A program made the translations under genes and the position numbers. Source: Candidatus Acidiferrum sp. (GTDB lineage: Bacteria; Acidobacteriota; Terriglobia; Acidiferrales; UBA7541). Taken from it: a stretch of 64,000 bases of DNA. The stretch is from contig JBEKSZ010000004.1 in assembly GCA_049516615.1 (NCBI GenBank), positions 3,170 to 67,169 of the forward strand. The letters are read 5' to 3'. The notes under the pieces are model-generated. The model made no database searches. It had not been told where the DNA came from and was given only the letters and a program-made list of their open reading frames with translations. Of this stretch, positions 8,817 to 18,389 are shown piece by piece (position 1 is the first letter of the stretch; the number at the start of each line of letters is the position of its first letter).

Positions 8817-9800
8817 CTACCTGGGAACCAAATCGAAAAACTGCCCCATCTTGCGGAATTTTTCATACCGCCCGTCGAGCACAGCCTTTAAGGGCTGATG
8901 GGAAAGCGCGATCAACTGGCGATTCAGAACCTCGTCAACATAACCCGCAGCAGCGTCATAGTCGGTGTGCGCGCCGCCTTCCGGTTCGGGAACGATCTCG
9001 TCGACGATACCCAGTTCCTTTAAATCCTTGGCGGTTATCTTCATGGCGATAGCCGCGGTCTCCGCCTTGGTGGAATCGCGCCAGATAATGGATGCGCAGC
9101 CTTCGGGCGAAATCACCGAGTAAAAACTGTTTTCCAGGATGTTCACGCGATCGCCGACCGCGATCGCCAACGCTCCGCCAGACCCCCCCTCGCCCGTTAC
9201 GGTAACCACGATGGGCACCGGCAGGCGGGCCATCTCGCGCAAGTTGCGGGCGATGGCTTCGCCCTGCCCGCGCTCCTCGGCGTCGATTCCGGGATAGGCG
9301 CCCTGGGTGTCCACGAATGTAATGATCGGCCGGCCAAACTTGGCCGCCAATTGCATGACGCGCAGCGCTTTGCGATAGCCTTCCGGCTTCGGCTGGCCAA
9401 AATTTCGCAGCAGGCGCTGCTTGGTGTCGCGGCCCTTCTGGTGGCCAATAACCGCTACGGGGCGTCCATGAAACTTCGCCAGCCCGGCGATGAGCGCTTT
9501 GTCGTCGCCAAACGCACGGTCGCCGTGCAGTTCCATAAAATCAGTGAACAGCAAATTAATGTAGTCGAGTGTGTAGGGGCGTTGCTGATGGCGGGCAATC
9601 TGGGCGCGCTGCCAGGGGCCGAGATGCGTGTAAAACTCACGGCGCAGCTCCGCGACCTGCTGGCGAATGCGTTCCACTTCGGCATCAGCCACCGAGTTCC
9701 CTGCCAGGCCGCGCAGCTCCTCGACTTCTTTTTCCAGGCGGTCGATTTCTAGTTGCCGTTCGCCCGTCTGGACCGACTTTCCTTTGTCTTTTGTCGTCAT
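8817..9800 (-). CDS. accA: Acetyl-CoA carboxylase carboxyltransferase subunit alpha
   Basis: [49 protein letters not shown]. Confidence 0.98.
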   Translation of the reverse strand: MTTKDKGKSVQTGERQLEIDRLEKEVEELRGLAGNSVADAEVERIRQQVAELRREFYTHLGPWQRAQIARHQQRPYTLDYINLLFTDFMELHGDRAFGDDKALIAGLAKFHGRPVAVIGHQKGRDTKQRLLRNFGQPKPEGYRKALRVMQLAAKFGRPIITFVDTQGAYPGIDAEERGQGEAIARNLREMARLPVPIVVTVTGEGGSGGALAIAVGDRVNILENSFYSVISPEGCASIIWRDSTKAETAAIAMKITAKDLKELGIVDEIVPEPEGGAHTDYDAAAGYVDEVLNRQLIALSHQPLKAVLDGRYEKFRKMGQFFDLVPR

Positions 9801-9826
9801 CGCATTTTAGAAGGGATTACGCGCAA

Positions 9827-12800
9827 CTACGCCGCGGCCTGATCGCCGCGAACCCGCGCGACCCCGTCCAGCAATTCCGGGGTGACGCGCACCAATTGTC
9901 GCGAAGGCAATAACGCTACCGAGCCGTCATCCGCCACGAGCTCGAAAATCACCGGCAGCGTACCCGGAGAGTCCGCAAACAAGCGTTCCAGGTCTTCGAG
10001 CAGCGCGTCGCTAAGACCGCTCAAATCCAGGCGTACGCGGAATTCTTGCGTGGCAGCCTTATCCGCCATTTGGTCGAGCCGCCGCGCTTCTTGCAGGGAA
10101 AGCCGCGTGCCGGCCTCTTCAACCTGAATCTTAACCTTCAGCAGCAGCGGATTGCCGGGCTTCAGCATGGGCTCTAGCCGCGCAAAGCTTTCCGGAAAAG
10201 CCAGCAACTCCTGAACACCGGTCATATCCTGAATCGTGTAGATGGACCAGCGCGCGCCTTTCTTGGAACGCATGGGACGCGAACCCACGATCAGCGCCGC
10301 CACGGCGATCTCTCTGCCGTTGCGCTGCCCTTCGATTTCGCTAAGCGGCACCACCTTCAATTCCTGCAGCCGCGAGGCGTATTTTTCCAGCGGGTGTCCG
10401 GAGACATAGAAGCCCAGCATGGCATATTCGCTGGTCAGGCGCTCTTCCTCGCTCCACTGAGGCGCGTCGCGCAATTCGAAAATAGCCCGCTCGGGAGTCG
10501 CAGCGCCGCCAAACAGGCCGTGCTGCCCGGATTCCCGGGAACGCGAAGCGCGCTGCAGCGCATTCACCGCATCATCCACGCTGGCCATCATGCTCTCGCG
10601 TCCGCCAAGGGAGTCGAGCGCACCCGATTTGATCAAGCTTTCAAAGACGCGCTTGTTCAGGAAGCGCGACTCGATACGTTCGCAAAAGTCATACAAGGTG
10701 CGGAATTCGCCGGCGCCGAGCCGCGACTCGCGAATCGCTTTGGCGGTGTTTTCGCCCACATTCTTGATGGCCGCCATGCCGAAACGAATCGCTTCGCCCA
10801 CGGGCGTGAAATACAAATCACTTTCATTTACGTCAGGGGGGAGAATCGGAATGCTCATCCCGCGGGCTTCGTTAATGTACTTCACGGTCTTGTCGGTGTT
10901 GCCGGCTTCCGAAGTCAGCAGCGCGGCCATGAACTCGACCGGATAATGCGTTTTCATGTAGGCCGTCTGATACGCGAGCAAGGCGTAGGCGCAGGAATGC
11001 GATTTATTGAAGCCATAGCCCGCAAACTCTTCCATCAAATTGAAAATGCGCTCGGCCTTCTTGTCGGAGATCTTGTTGGCCTGGCATCCGGTCATGAACT
11101 TGGCCCGCTGCGCGGCCATCTCTTCTTTTTTCTTTTTGCCCATGGCGCGACGCAGAATATCCGCTTCGCCCAGCGAAAAACTCGCCAGCCGGTTGGCGAT
11201 CTGCATAACCTGTTCCTGATACAGGATCACGCCGTAGGTTTCCTGCAGAATTTCTTCCATCTGGGGAAGTTCGTAGGTGACCTTCGTCTTGCCGTGCTTG
11301 CGGTTGATAAAATCGTCGATCATGCCGCCTTGAATCGGGCCCGGGCGGTACAGGGCGTTCAGCGCCGTAAGGTCTTCGATTTTGGTCGGCTGGTAGCGCC
11401 GCAATATATCGCGCATGCCATGCGACTCAAACTGGAAAATAGCGGTGGTATCGCCCTTGGCAAAAAGCTTGTAGGTATCCGCGTCGTCGAGCGGCAACTG
11501 ATCAATGGCAATGTGCGCGCCGCGGCTCTGCTCCACCATGCGTACAGCGTCGTGCAGCACCGTCAGGGTGGTCAGCCCCAAAAAGTCCATTTTCAGCAGG
11601 CCGATGCGCTCCAGGCCATTCATGTCGTACTGCGTGGTAATTTCATCTCGGCTGGTCTTGTAAATGGGCACCAGGTCGGTTAGCGGCTGCGGTGAAATCA
11701 CCACGCCAGCCGCGTGCGTCGAAGCGTGGCGCGAAAGTCCCTCAAGTCGCAAGGCCACGGCCATCAAATCCTTCAAGCGATCGTCGTTGTCGATCGCTGA
11801 TTTGAGGAGCGGCGCATCCTTCAGCGCCTCGTCCAGGGTGATTCCCAGTGTCGCGGGGATGAGTTTGGCCAAGCGGTCCACTTCGCTGTAGGGAATGTCC
11901 ATGGCCCGGCCGACGTCCTTGACGGCGGCCTTGGCGGCCATGGTGCCGAAGGTGATGATCTGCGCGACGTTGTCACGGCCATATTTCTGCGTCACGTACT
12001 CGATCAATTCGCCGCGCCGACGCATGCAAAAATCGATATCGATATCCGGCATCGAAACGCGTTCGGGGTTGAGGAACCGCTCAAACAGCAGGTTGTATTG
12101 CAGCGGGTCCACATCGGTAATGCGCAGCGCATAGCTGACCAAGCTGCCCGCGGCCGAACCCCGCCCCGGCCCCACGGGTACGCCCTGCGCTTTGGCGTAA
12201 TGAATGAAATCCCATACGATCAGGAAGTAGCCTTCGTAGCGCATCTTCTTGATCATCTGGATTTCGGAAGTCAGCCGCCGTTCATACTCCGCTAGTGGAT
12301 TGGCCAGCGCCCCCTGTTTCCCGAGCGCTTCTAAGAATGGCACGCGGCTGGCAAAGCCTTCACGCGTCACTTTTTCAAAATAACTGCCGGGCGTATGCCC
12401 TTCGGGAACCGCGAACGTCGGAAAAGGATTCGGAATCGGCGCGATTTTCACATTGCAACGGCTGGCGATTTCCACCGTGCGGCTGAGGGCATCGGGAATT
12501 TCGCCGAACACCTTGGCCATTTCTTGCGCGGTCTTGAAATAAAACTGGTCAGTCTGGAATTTCATGCGCCGCTCATCGCTCATGGTCTTGCCGGTCTGAA
12601 TACAAAGCAAGACTTCCTGGGCGTGCGCGTCATCGTGATGCAAATAATGGCAGTCGTTGGTGGCCACCAGCGGGATTCCGGACTCTTTCGATAGCCGTAC
12701 CAGTTCAGGATTCACGCCTTTCTCGATCTCGAGTCCCTGATCCTGAATTTCAAGGAAGAAATTGTTCTTTCCAAAAATGTCGCGCAAACGATAAGCGTTC

Positions 12801-13321
12801 TCTTTGGCCAAATCGTATTTCTGATCCGCCACCGCTTCCGTAACCGGCCCTTTGAGGCAAGCCGAAAGCGCCACTAATCCCTTGCTGTGCTTGGCGAGGA
12901 GATCGTAATCGATGCGCGGTTTGTAATAAAATCCTTCTAAAAATCCCGCGGACACCAGCTTTATGAGATTGTGATAGCCCTCCAGCGTTTCGCTGAGCAA
13001 CACCAAGTGATTGTTGCCGCGCCCGCCGGACTCCGGATCTTCGCCATTCTGTTTGCCACTCGGAGGGCCGTTTTTCTCGCCCCGATCGTGCCGGCTGCCT
13101 TTGGCTATGTACACTTCGCAGCCGATAATGGCCTTCACGTCGCGTTTGCTGGCTTCATTGAAAAAATTTGCCGCAGCGAAGAGATTGCCGTGATCGGTGA
13201 TGGCCACCGCCGGCATCTTCTGGCGCGAAGCTTCGTCGAGAAGCTCGCTGGTTTCGCAAGCCCCATCCAGCAAACTGAAATCAGTGTGAACGTGCAGATG
13301 AACGAACTGCGGTTGCCCCAT
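9827..13321 (-). CDS. dnaE: DNA polymerase III subunit alpha
   Basis: PHP domain FVHLHVH...TDHGN, GPGRGSAAGS, MPDIDIDF, KMDFLGL, YGFNKSH, C-terminal OB fold. Confidence 0.98.
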   Translation of the reverse strand: MGQPQFVHLHVHTDFSLLDGACETSELLDEASRQKMPAVAITDHGNLFAAANFFNEASKRDVKAIIGCEVYIAKGSRHDRGEKNGPPSGKQNGEDPESGGRGNNHLVLLSETLEGYHNLIKLVSAGFLEGFYYKPRIDYDLLAKHSKGLVALSACLKGPVTEAVADQKYDLAKENAYRLRDIFGKNNFFLEIQDQGLEIEKGVNPELVRLSKESGIPLVATNDCHYLHHDDAHAQEVLLCIQTGKTMSDERRMKFQTDQFYFKTAQEMAKVFGEIPDALSRTVEIASRCNVKIAPIPNPFPTFAVPEGHTPGSYFEKVTREGFASRVPFLEALGKQGALANPLAEYERRLTSEIQMIKKMRYEGYFLIVWDFIHYAKAQGVPVGPGRGSAAGSLVSYALRITDVDPLQYNLLFERFLNPERVSMPDIDIDFCMRRRGELIEYVTQKYGRDNVAQIITFGTMAAKAAVKDVGRAMDIPYSEVDRLAKLIPATLGITLDEALKDAPLLKSAIDNDDRLKDLMAVALRLEGLSRHASTHAAGVVISPQPLTDLVPIYKTSRDEITTQYDMNGLERIGLLKMDFLGLTTLTVLHDAVRMVEQSRGAHIAIDQLPLDDADTYKLFAKGDTTAIFQFESHGMRDILRRYQPTKIEDLTALNALYRPGPIQGGMIDDFINRKHGKTKVTYELPQMEEILQETYGVILYQEQVMQIANRLASFSLGEADILRRAMGKKKKEEMAAQRAKFMTGCQANKISDKKAERIFNLMEEFAGYGFNKSHSCAYALLAYQTAYMKTHYPVEFMAALLTSEAGNTDKTVKYINEARGMSIPILPPDVNESDLYFTPVGEAIRFGMAAIKNVGENTAKAIRESRLGAGEFRTLYDFCERIESRFLNKRVFESLIKSGALDSLGGRESMMASVDDAVNALQRASRSRESGQHGLFGGAATPERAIFELRDAPQWSEEERLTSEYAMLGFYVSGHPLEKYASRLQELKVVPLSEIEGQRNGREIAVAALIVGSRPMRSKKGARWSIYTIQDMTGVQELLAFPESFARLEPMLKPGNPLLLKVKIQVEEAGTRLSLQEARRLDQMADKAATQEFRVRLDLSGLSDALLEDLERLFADSPGTLPVIFELVADDGSVALLPSRQLVRVTPELLDGVARVRGDQAAA

Positions 13322-13329
13322 GGAACTCA

Positions 13330-13335
13330 ATTCTA
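13330..13335 (-). promoter_or_regulatory. -10 box of a probable leaderless dnaE promoter
   Basis: TAGAAT 8 nt upstream of ATG 13321; no Shine-Dalgarno sequence. Confidence 0.45.
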
Positions 13336-13508
13336 AAACGCCTGCGCGAGAATTGCGACTCGCATTCTCACGTTTTCCTCAGAATATTTTTGCAGCGGCC
13401 GCCTCTTGAGGCGGGCGCCTTTGCTGGGCCTGCAAGCCAACATCAGGAAGACGGGTCCGAAGTTCCGCGTTAACGGTCGGAAGCGGCCCTGCCCCGCAAA
13501 GGAGGCCG

Positions 13509-15002
13509 CTACTTTTTGCCCGCGGACTTCTTTGCCGGCGCGGCTTTCTTTGCGGGTTTGCCGGCTGCTTTGGCGCTCCCGCTCTTCCCAGCGGTTTGCG
13601 AACGGCGCGCGGCCATGCCCGCCGAATGCTTCTGTTTCGCCTCGGCGCTGGCCGCGGCATGGGCCTTCTCTTCCGCCTTCGAGGGCTTCTTTTCCTTCTC
13701 TTTTTTCTTGGGAACTTCGCGAATGCCCGACAGCTTGCGCAGAATCTTCTCCCGTTCCTCGGGAGTCTTGCCTCGCCCGGTCAGTTGGATGGCAAAGACC
13801 TGCTCGACGATGTCATCGAACTTCGCTCCGCGCTCCATCCCCAAGGCCTGCAGCTCCGCCCCCACCACGGGAAGCGCCGCGCGCATGGGGCGCCATTTGT
13901 TCAGGTACGCCTTGATCTTTGACACCGCCGCGGAGTTACTCGATTCCGCCAGTAAATAGGCGATCTGCTCGGTGGCCGTCTTTTCAATAAATTTGTAGGC
14001 GTCGATAGGCGCTTCAAGTTTCCGCCCAAGCAGCTCCTTCTGCACGGATAGTGCTTTTTCCTCAAAGTTCAAGACCGTCGCGGCCTCCCCGCTCTTGAAC
14101 CCGGCTTTGGAAAGCACCCCGGCCAATTCGCGGTCTTTCATCTTGCCGAGAATTGCCAGGAGCATCGGAGACGCCAGGCGCGGCCGCAGACCCGCCATCA
14201 TCAAATCTTCGCGAACCTTTACCAGCCGACCGATCGCTTCGTAATCGGGACGCTTTTTGGCCAGCACCGGGCTGACCGCTTCCATCAAGTCGTGTTCCTC
14301 CCAGGCTTTGAGCACCACCGTCGGCCGCTCTTCGCGCGCCGCTTCGCGCAACTCCGCGCCGGCATCTTCCGGCTCGATGGTTTTGTGCAGTTCGCGCTCG
14401 ATAGCCAGATCAAACCACTCCTGCGTGCGCTGCTCCACCTTGAAACCCATGCGCGCCGCAAAGCGCAACACGCGCAGCAGGCGCACCGGCTGATTGGTAA
14501 AGCTGTGAATGGTCAGTGCCCGAACTTCCCCGCGCTCGATATCGGAAAGACCGTTGGTAGGGTCGAGCAACAAGCCGCGCGAAGCCGGATTCAGAGAAAT
14601 GGCGATGCCGTTCAGGGAAAAATCGCGCCGCCGCAAATCCTCCATGATTGTTGACCAACGCACCTCCGGGCGCGTTCCCGGCCGCACGTAATGATCGTCG
14701 CGTGCTGCAGCAATGCTGCCTTCCACCTCGCCCGCGAACAGCACCTCCACGTGGCGCAGCTTTTCATCTTCAAGCAGGATCGCCGCGCCGCCCTTTTCCA
14801 GTTCGCGCGCCAGCTTGGTGGGATTGCCTTCAATCGTGAAATCGAGGTCGCGCAGTGTCGCGCCGGTGATCAGGTCGCGCACCGTGCCGCCCGTCAGATA
14901 CAAATTGAATCCCAGCGCCGCGGAGAGCTCCTGCACGCGCATCATGGCCGCCCGTTGATCCGGTGACAGGCGGCTTTCCAGCAAAAACATATAGTCTGGC
15001 AT
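13509..15002 (-). CDS. Class II tRNA nucleotidyltransferase (CCA/A-adding, poly(A) polymerase family) with Lys/Ala-rich tail
   Basis: GGTVRD...DLDF (motif A), EDLRRRDFSLN (motif B), LLDP.NG..D (motif C), RLLRVLRFAAR. Motif D reads NQPVR. Confidence 0.88.
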   Translation of the reverse strand: MPDYMFLLESRLSPDQRAAMMRVQELSAALGFNLYLTGGTVRDLITGATLRDLDFTIEGNPTKLARELEKGGAAILLEDEKLRHVEVLFAGEVEGSIAAARDDHYVRPGTRPEVRWSTIMEDLRRRDFSLNGIAISLNPASRGLLLDPTNGLSDIERGEVRALTIHSFTNQPVRLLRVLRFAARMGFKVEQRTQEWFDLAIERELHKTIEPEDAGAELREAAREERPTVVLKAWEEHDLMEAVSPVLAKKRPDYEAIGRLVKVREDLMMAGLRPRLASPMLLAILGKMKDRELAGVLSKAGFKSGEAATVLNFEEKALSVQKELLGRKLEAPIDAYKFIEKTATEQIAYLLAESSNSAAVSKIKAYLNKWRPMRAALPVVGAELQALGMERGAKFDDIVEQVFAIQLTGRGKTPEEREKILRKLSGIREVPKKKEKEKKPSKAEEKAHAAASAEAKQKHSAGMAARRSQTAGKSGSAKAAGKPAKKAAPAKKSAGKK

Positions 15003-15118
15003 TACATTCCCTCGACTTTAATTTGTTCACGGCGCACTGCGTGGCGGGTACGCGCCTACTTCGGGGCCGGGCTAAGCTCCCGCGTGCACCTCTAGGCCCG
15101 TACCCTCACTCGCGCGCT

Positions 15119-16012
15119 TCACGCGCGCGGATGATGCGCCTTGTAAATTTGCTTCAACCGCTCCTCCACCACGTGGGTATAAATCTGCGTGGTGGAAATG
15201 TCTGAATGGCCCAACATCAGTTGCACTGACCTCAGGTCCGCGCCGCGTTCGAGCAAATGCGTCGCGAAACTGTGCCGCAGCATGTGCGGCGTCAGCGCCA
15301 CGCGCAACCCGGCCCGGCGGCCATAAGCGGAGAGGATTTTCCAGACTCCCACTCGGCTTAGCCCCCGGCCGCGCCGGTTCAGGAACAGCGTGGGCAACGC
15401 TGGCGCTTTCCCCAAAAGCCCTGGCCGCGCCTCGCCGAGATATTTTTCAACCATGGCCAGGGCCTTCTTCCCCACGGGTACAAGCCGTTCCTTGTCCCCT
15501 TTGCCGATGCACCGCACGCAGCCAACCCTGGTATCCAGGTCCCCTACGCGCAGATTGACCAGCTCTGAAACGCGCAACCCCGTGGAGTAAAGAACCTCGA
15601 GCATTGCGCGGTCGCGGAGCCCCAGTGGCGTCTTCTGGTCCGGCTGCAACAACAGACGCTCCACATCTTCAAGGCGCAGATAGCCCGGCAAGGAACGCCG
15701 GATTTTCGGCGACTCCAAATTGACGGAAGGATCTTCGCTGACCAGTTCGTTCACCTGCGAAAAGCGAAAGAAATTGCGCAACGTCACCAGCACCCGCGCA
15801 ACGCTCTTGCTCTCAAGATTTTGCCGATACAAGCCTGCAAGGAAATCCACAAGGTCGTCCCGCCGCACGCTCGCCAGCGGCAGTTTTCTCTTCTGCGCAA
15901 AGACGTTGAATTTTGCCAAATCCTGACGATAGGCGCTCACCGTGTTCGGTGAGAGCCCCTTCTCTACCCGCACGTGGGTCAAGAACGACGAAATGGCTGC
16001 CGAAATTTCCAT
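15119..16012 (-). CDS. xerD: Site-specific tyrosine recombinase XerD
   Basis: VEKGLSPNTVSAY, RDRAMLEVLYSTGLRVSEL, GKGDKER, TPHMLRHSFATHLL, LGHSDISTTQIYTH, HHPRA end. Confidence 0.95.
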   Translation of the reverse strand: MEISAAISSFLTHVRVEKGLSPNTVSAYRQDLAKFNVFAQKRKLPLASVRRDDLVDFLAGLYRQNLESKSVARVLVTLRNFFRFSQVNELVSEDPSVNLESPKIRRSLPGYLRLEDVERLLLQPDQKTPLGLRDRAMLEVLYSTGLRVSELVNLRVGDLDTRVGCVRCIGKGDKERLVPVGKKALAMVEKYLGEARPGLLGKAPALPTLFLNRRGRGLSRVGVWKILSAYGRRAGLRVALTPHMLRHSFATHLLERGADLRSVQLMLGHSDISTTQIYTHVVEERLKQIYKAHHPRA

Positions 16013-17620
16013 TTACGATCCCGAAAACCCTTCCCCAGCCGCGGGTCGCTGCCGCAGCGCGATGCCGTAGACTTCTTCGAGCTCATGGCAGTGGAACACC
16101 CACGCCGCGGCCAGATACAACACCGTCGCGCCGGAGATCATGGCCGCAAAAACCAGCAGTTGCAGCGAGAAATGGGAATGAATGGTGAACTCCGTATAGC
16201 GCGCGCCGAACCAGCAGGCTACGCCCATGATTCCCGAGGCCATCGCGATCTTGCCGAAAGATCGGAAAATCTGAATGGTCCCCAGCGCGCCGTAGCGCAA
16301 ACGGAAGACCAGGAACAGCGCGAAGAAATCGAAGTAACACGAAATCGCCGTGGCCAGCGCCGGTCCGCCGTTCTGCACCCGTTTGAAGAAAAAGTCCAGG
16401 AAGATGATGTTCAGCGCAATGTTCATGAACAGCGAGATGCCCGCCACGATTACCGGAGTTTTCGTGTCATTGGCAGAATAAAATGCCGGCACGATCAGCT
16501 TTACAGAAGCCAACGCCGGCAAGCCCAGGGCGTAATAGAGCAGGGCTCGAGCCGTCAGGCGCGTGGACTCGGCCACGAACTGCCCGTGTTGAAACAGCAC
16601 GCGGATGATTGGCTCGCGCAATATCACGAGACCCACGGCCGCAGGCACAGTGATAAAAGCCACGATGCGCACGGCAAACGTCAGGGTTTTCTTCAACGCT
16701 TCGAAATCTTTCGCCGCCGCCTGGTGCGACATCATCGGCAAAATCGCTGTCGCCACGGCGATGGCATAACCGCCGAGCAGCAACTCCATGACGCGGTCCG
16801 CGACGTACAACGCCGCGAGGCTGCCTTGCGGCATACGCGCCGCGGTGGCGAAATAGGTGTCAACGAAAAAATTTATCTGCCCGATTCCGATACCAAAGAA
16901 TCGCGGTAGCATCAACCGGGCCACGTCGCGAATCCCCGGGTGCCCGAACGACAGCCCGAATTTGAAGTTCATGCCCTTGCGCACCAGGGTGGGTACCTGG
17001 ATCAGGAACTGAAGCGCGCCGCCCACCAACACCCCGACGGCCAGCGACACGGCCGGATCGTCAAAGTATCTCCACACCGCGCCAATCGAGAACAGGATGA
17101 TGGATATATTCAGAAATACCGAGGTCGACGCCGGCAACCCGAAGATATTGAAGCAGTTCAGAATGCCCATTGCCAGGGCCGCCAGGGACACGAAGAAAAG
17201 ATACGGGAAGATAATGCGGTTCAGCGTGATGGCCTGCTCGTAAGACACGCTGTTGCCCGCCGAAGAGGTAAAGGTATGGATGACGGCCGGCGAGAAGACC
17301 ATTCCCATCACCGTAATAATGGCAACGATGAACGCCAGCGTCCAAAACAGGCGGTTGGCAAACTCCCAAACCTCGGCCGGAGACTTCTCGCGCATGTACT
17401 TGGTAAAGACAGGTATGAAGGACGAAGTCATGGACCCTTCGCCGACTAAGCGCCTGAAAAGATTAGGGATACGATAGGCCAAGACGAACGAGTTGGCCGC
17501 CAAGGAGGTCCCCAATAGGAAGGTGATCCGCTGATCTCGCACGTAGCCGAGCGTGCGGCTGACCATCGTGACCAGAGTGATAATCGAAGCCGACTTCAGG
17601 ATCTGCTTCTTTTCCGTCAA
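16013..17620 (-). CDS. murJ: Lipid II flippase MurJ (MviN)
   Basis: SRTLGYVRD, RIPNLFRRLVGEG, LYVADRVMEL, FYSANDTKTP; multi-TM protein. Confidence 0.95.
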   Translation of the reverse strand: MTEKKQILKSASIITLVTMVSRTLGYVRDQRITFLLGTSLAANSFVLAYRIPNLFRRLVGEGSMTSSFIPVFTKYMREKSPAEVWEFANRLFWTLAFIVAIITVMGMVFSPAVIHTFTSSAGNSVSYEQAITLNRIIFPYLFFVSLAALAMGILNCFNIFGLPASTSVFLNISIILFSIGAVWRYFDDPAVSLAVGVLVGGALQFLIQVPTLVRKGMNFKFGLSFGHPGIRDVARLMLPRFFGIGIGQINFFVDTYFATAARMPQGSLAALYVADRVMELLLGGYAIAVATAILPMMSHQAAAKDFEALKKTLTFAVRIVAFITVPAAVGLVILREPIIRVLFQHGQFVAESTRLTARALLYYALGLPALASVKLIVPAFYSANDTKTPVIVAGISLFMNIALNIIFLDFFFKRVQNGGPALATAISCYFDFFALFLVFRLRYGALGTIQIFRSFGKIAMASGIMGVACWFGARYTEFTIHSHFSLQLLVFAAMISGATVLYLAAAWVFHCHELEEVYGIALRQRPAAGEGFSGS

Positions 17621-17662
17621 CGGGCGGCACTCCAGGGGCCTAACCCTAATGGAAACAATGAC

Positions 17663-17692
17663 TTGACAAGCAAAACGGGCTTAACATAACAT
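17663..17692 (+). promoter_or_regulatory. Sigma70-like promoter for the rightward gene(s)
   Basis: TTGACA (17663-17668), 18-nt spacer, TAACAT (17687-17692), in the AT-rich divergent region. Confidence 0.55.
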
Positions 17693-17746
17693 AACTGTAA
17701 GCAAATCGCAAATTTTCGCGGTAACCGTCCTTGGACTTGCCCAAAC

Positions 17747-18232
17747 TTGAAAACGCGCGCCCCAGCTTCGACGCATAAGAAGGTCGTCATTGTCTTGTCC
17801 AACAAGAAACCCGTGCGCGGCTATTTGAGTCCCTCGCGCCTCGGGCAGATCGACCCCCTCGATTTACTCACCCCCGACGGCGAGCACCAGGAAATACCAC
17901 TGGCCACGATCCGTTCCGTGTATTTTGTGCGCGAGTTTTCCGACGATTTCGAGCCGGAACGCAAAGCCTTTTTGAGCCGCCCGAAGCTTGACGGCCTATG
18001 GCTGCGTTTGCGCTACCTCGACGGCGACACCCTTGAGGGCGTGGTTCCGAACGATCTGCTCTCGCTCATCGACAACGGATTGCAAATCACCCCACCTGAT
18101 TTGAACTCTGCGACCGACCGCATCTTCATCCCGCGCTCGGCCCTCAGCGAAGTCACGGTCCTCGGCGTGGTCGGCATCGCTCGCCGCAAACCCGCCGCCG
18201 CCCCCGCACAACCCCGCCTCTTCAGTGAGTAA
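17747..18232 (+). CDS. Conserved hypothetical protein (DUF6982-like)
   Basis: HKKVVIV...VRGYL...VYFVREF...RKAFLSRPKLDGLWLRLRYLDGDTLEGV.PNDLL...RIFIPR; two similar beta-rich halves. Family name from recollection. Confidence 0.75.
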   Translation: MKTRAPASTHKKVVIVLSNKKPVRGYLSPSRLGQIDPLDLLTPDGEHQEIPLATIRSVYFVREFSDDFEPERKAFLSRPKLDGLWLRLRYLDGDTLEGVVPNDLLSLIDNGLQITPPDLNSATDRIFIPRSALSEVTVLGVVGIARRKPAAAPAQPRLFSE

Positions 18233-18389
18233 CTCGCGCGTCGTTCCGAGGGCCTGACTCGCGGCGCAGCGGGCTGCGCGCGGTTGCTCTTCCCTTCCGC
18301 CTTTCTCTTCTCCGCGTACTCTGTGTACTCTGATATCGCCGCGTCCATGCTTCTTTTTGCGCGGCACGGAACCGCCGAGGAGCCGCAAC

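Noticed and set aside
9804-9809. TAAAAT upstream of accA
   Set aside because: Only 3 nt from the ATG, too close to act as a -10 box for that start.
15119-16012. Tyrosine recombinase as a possible integrase of a mobile element
   Set aside because: Has housekeeping XerD features and core-gene neighbours; no att repeats, tRNA or cargo genes.
18309-18332. Short tandem GTACTCTG repeat, and a purine-rich tract at 40930-40980
   Set aside because: Only 2-3 degenerate units with no spacers; not CRISPR and too weak to call a repeat family.
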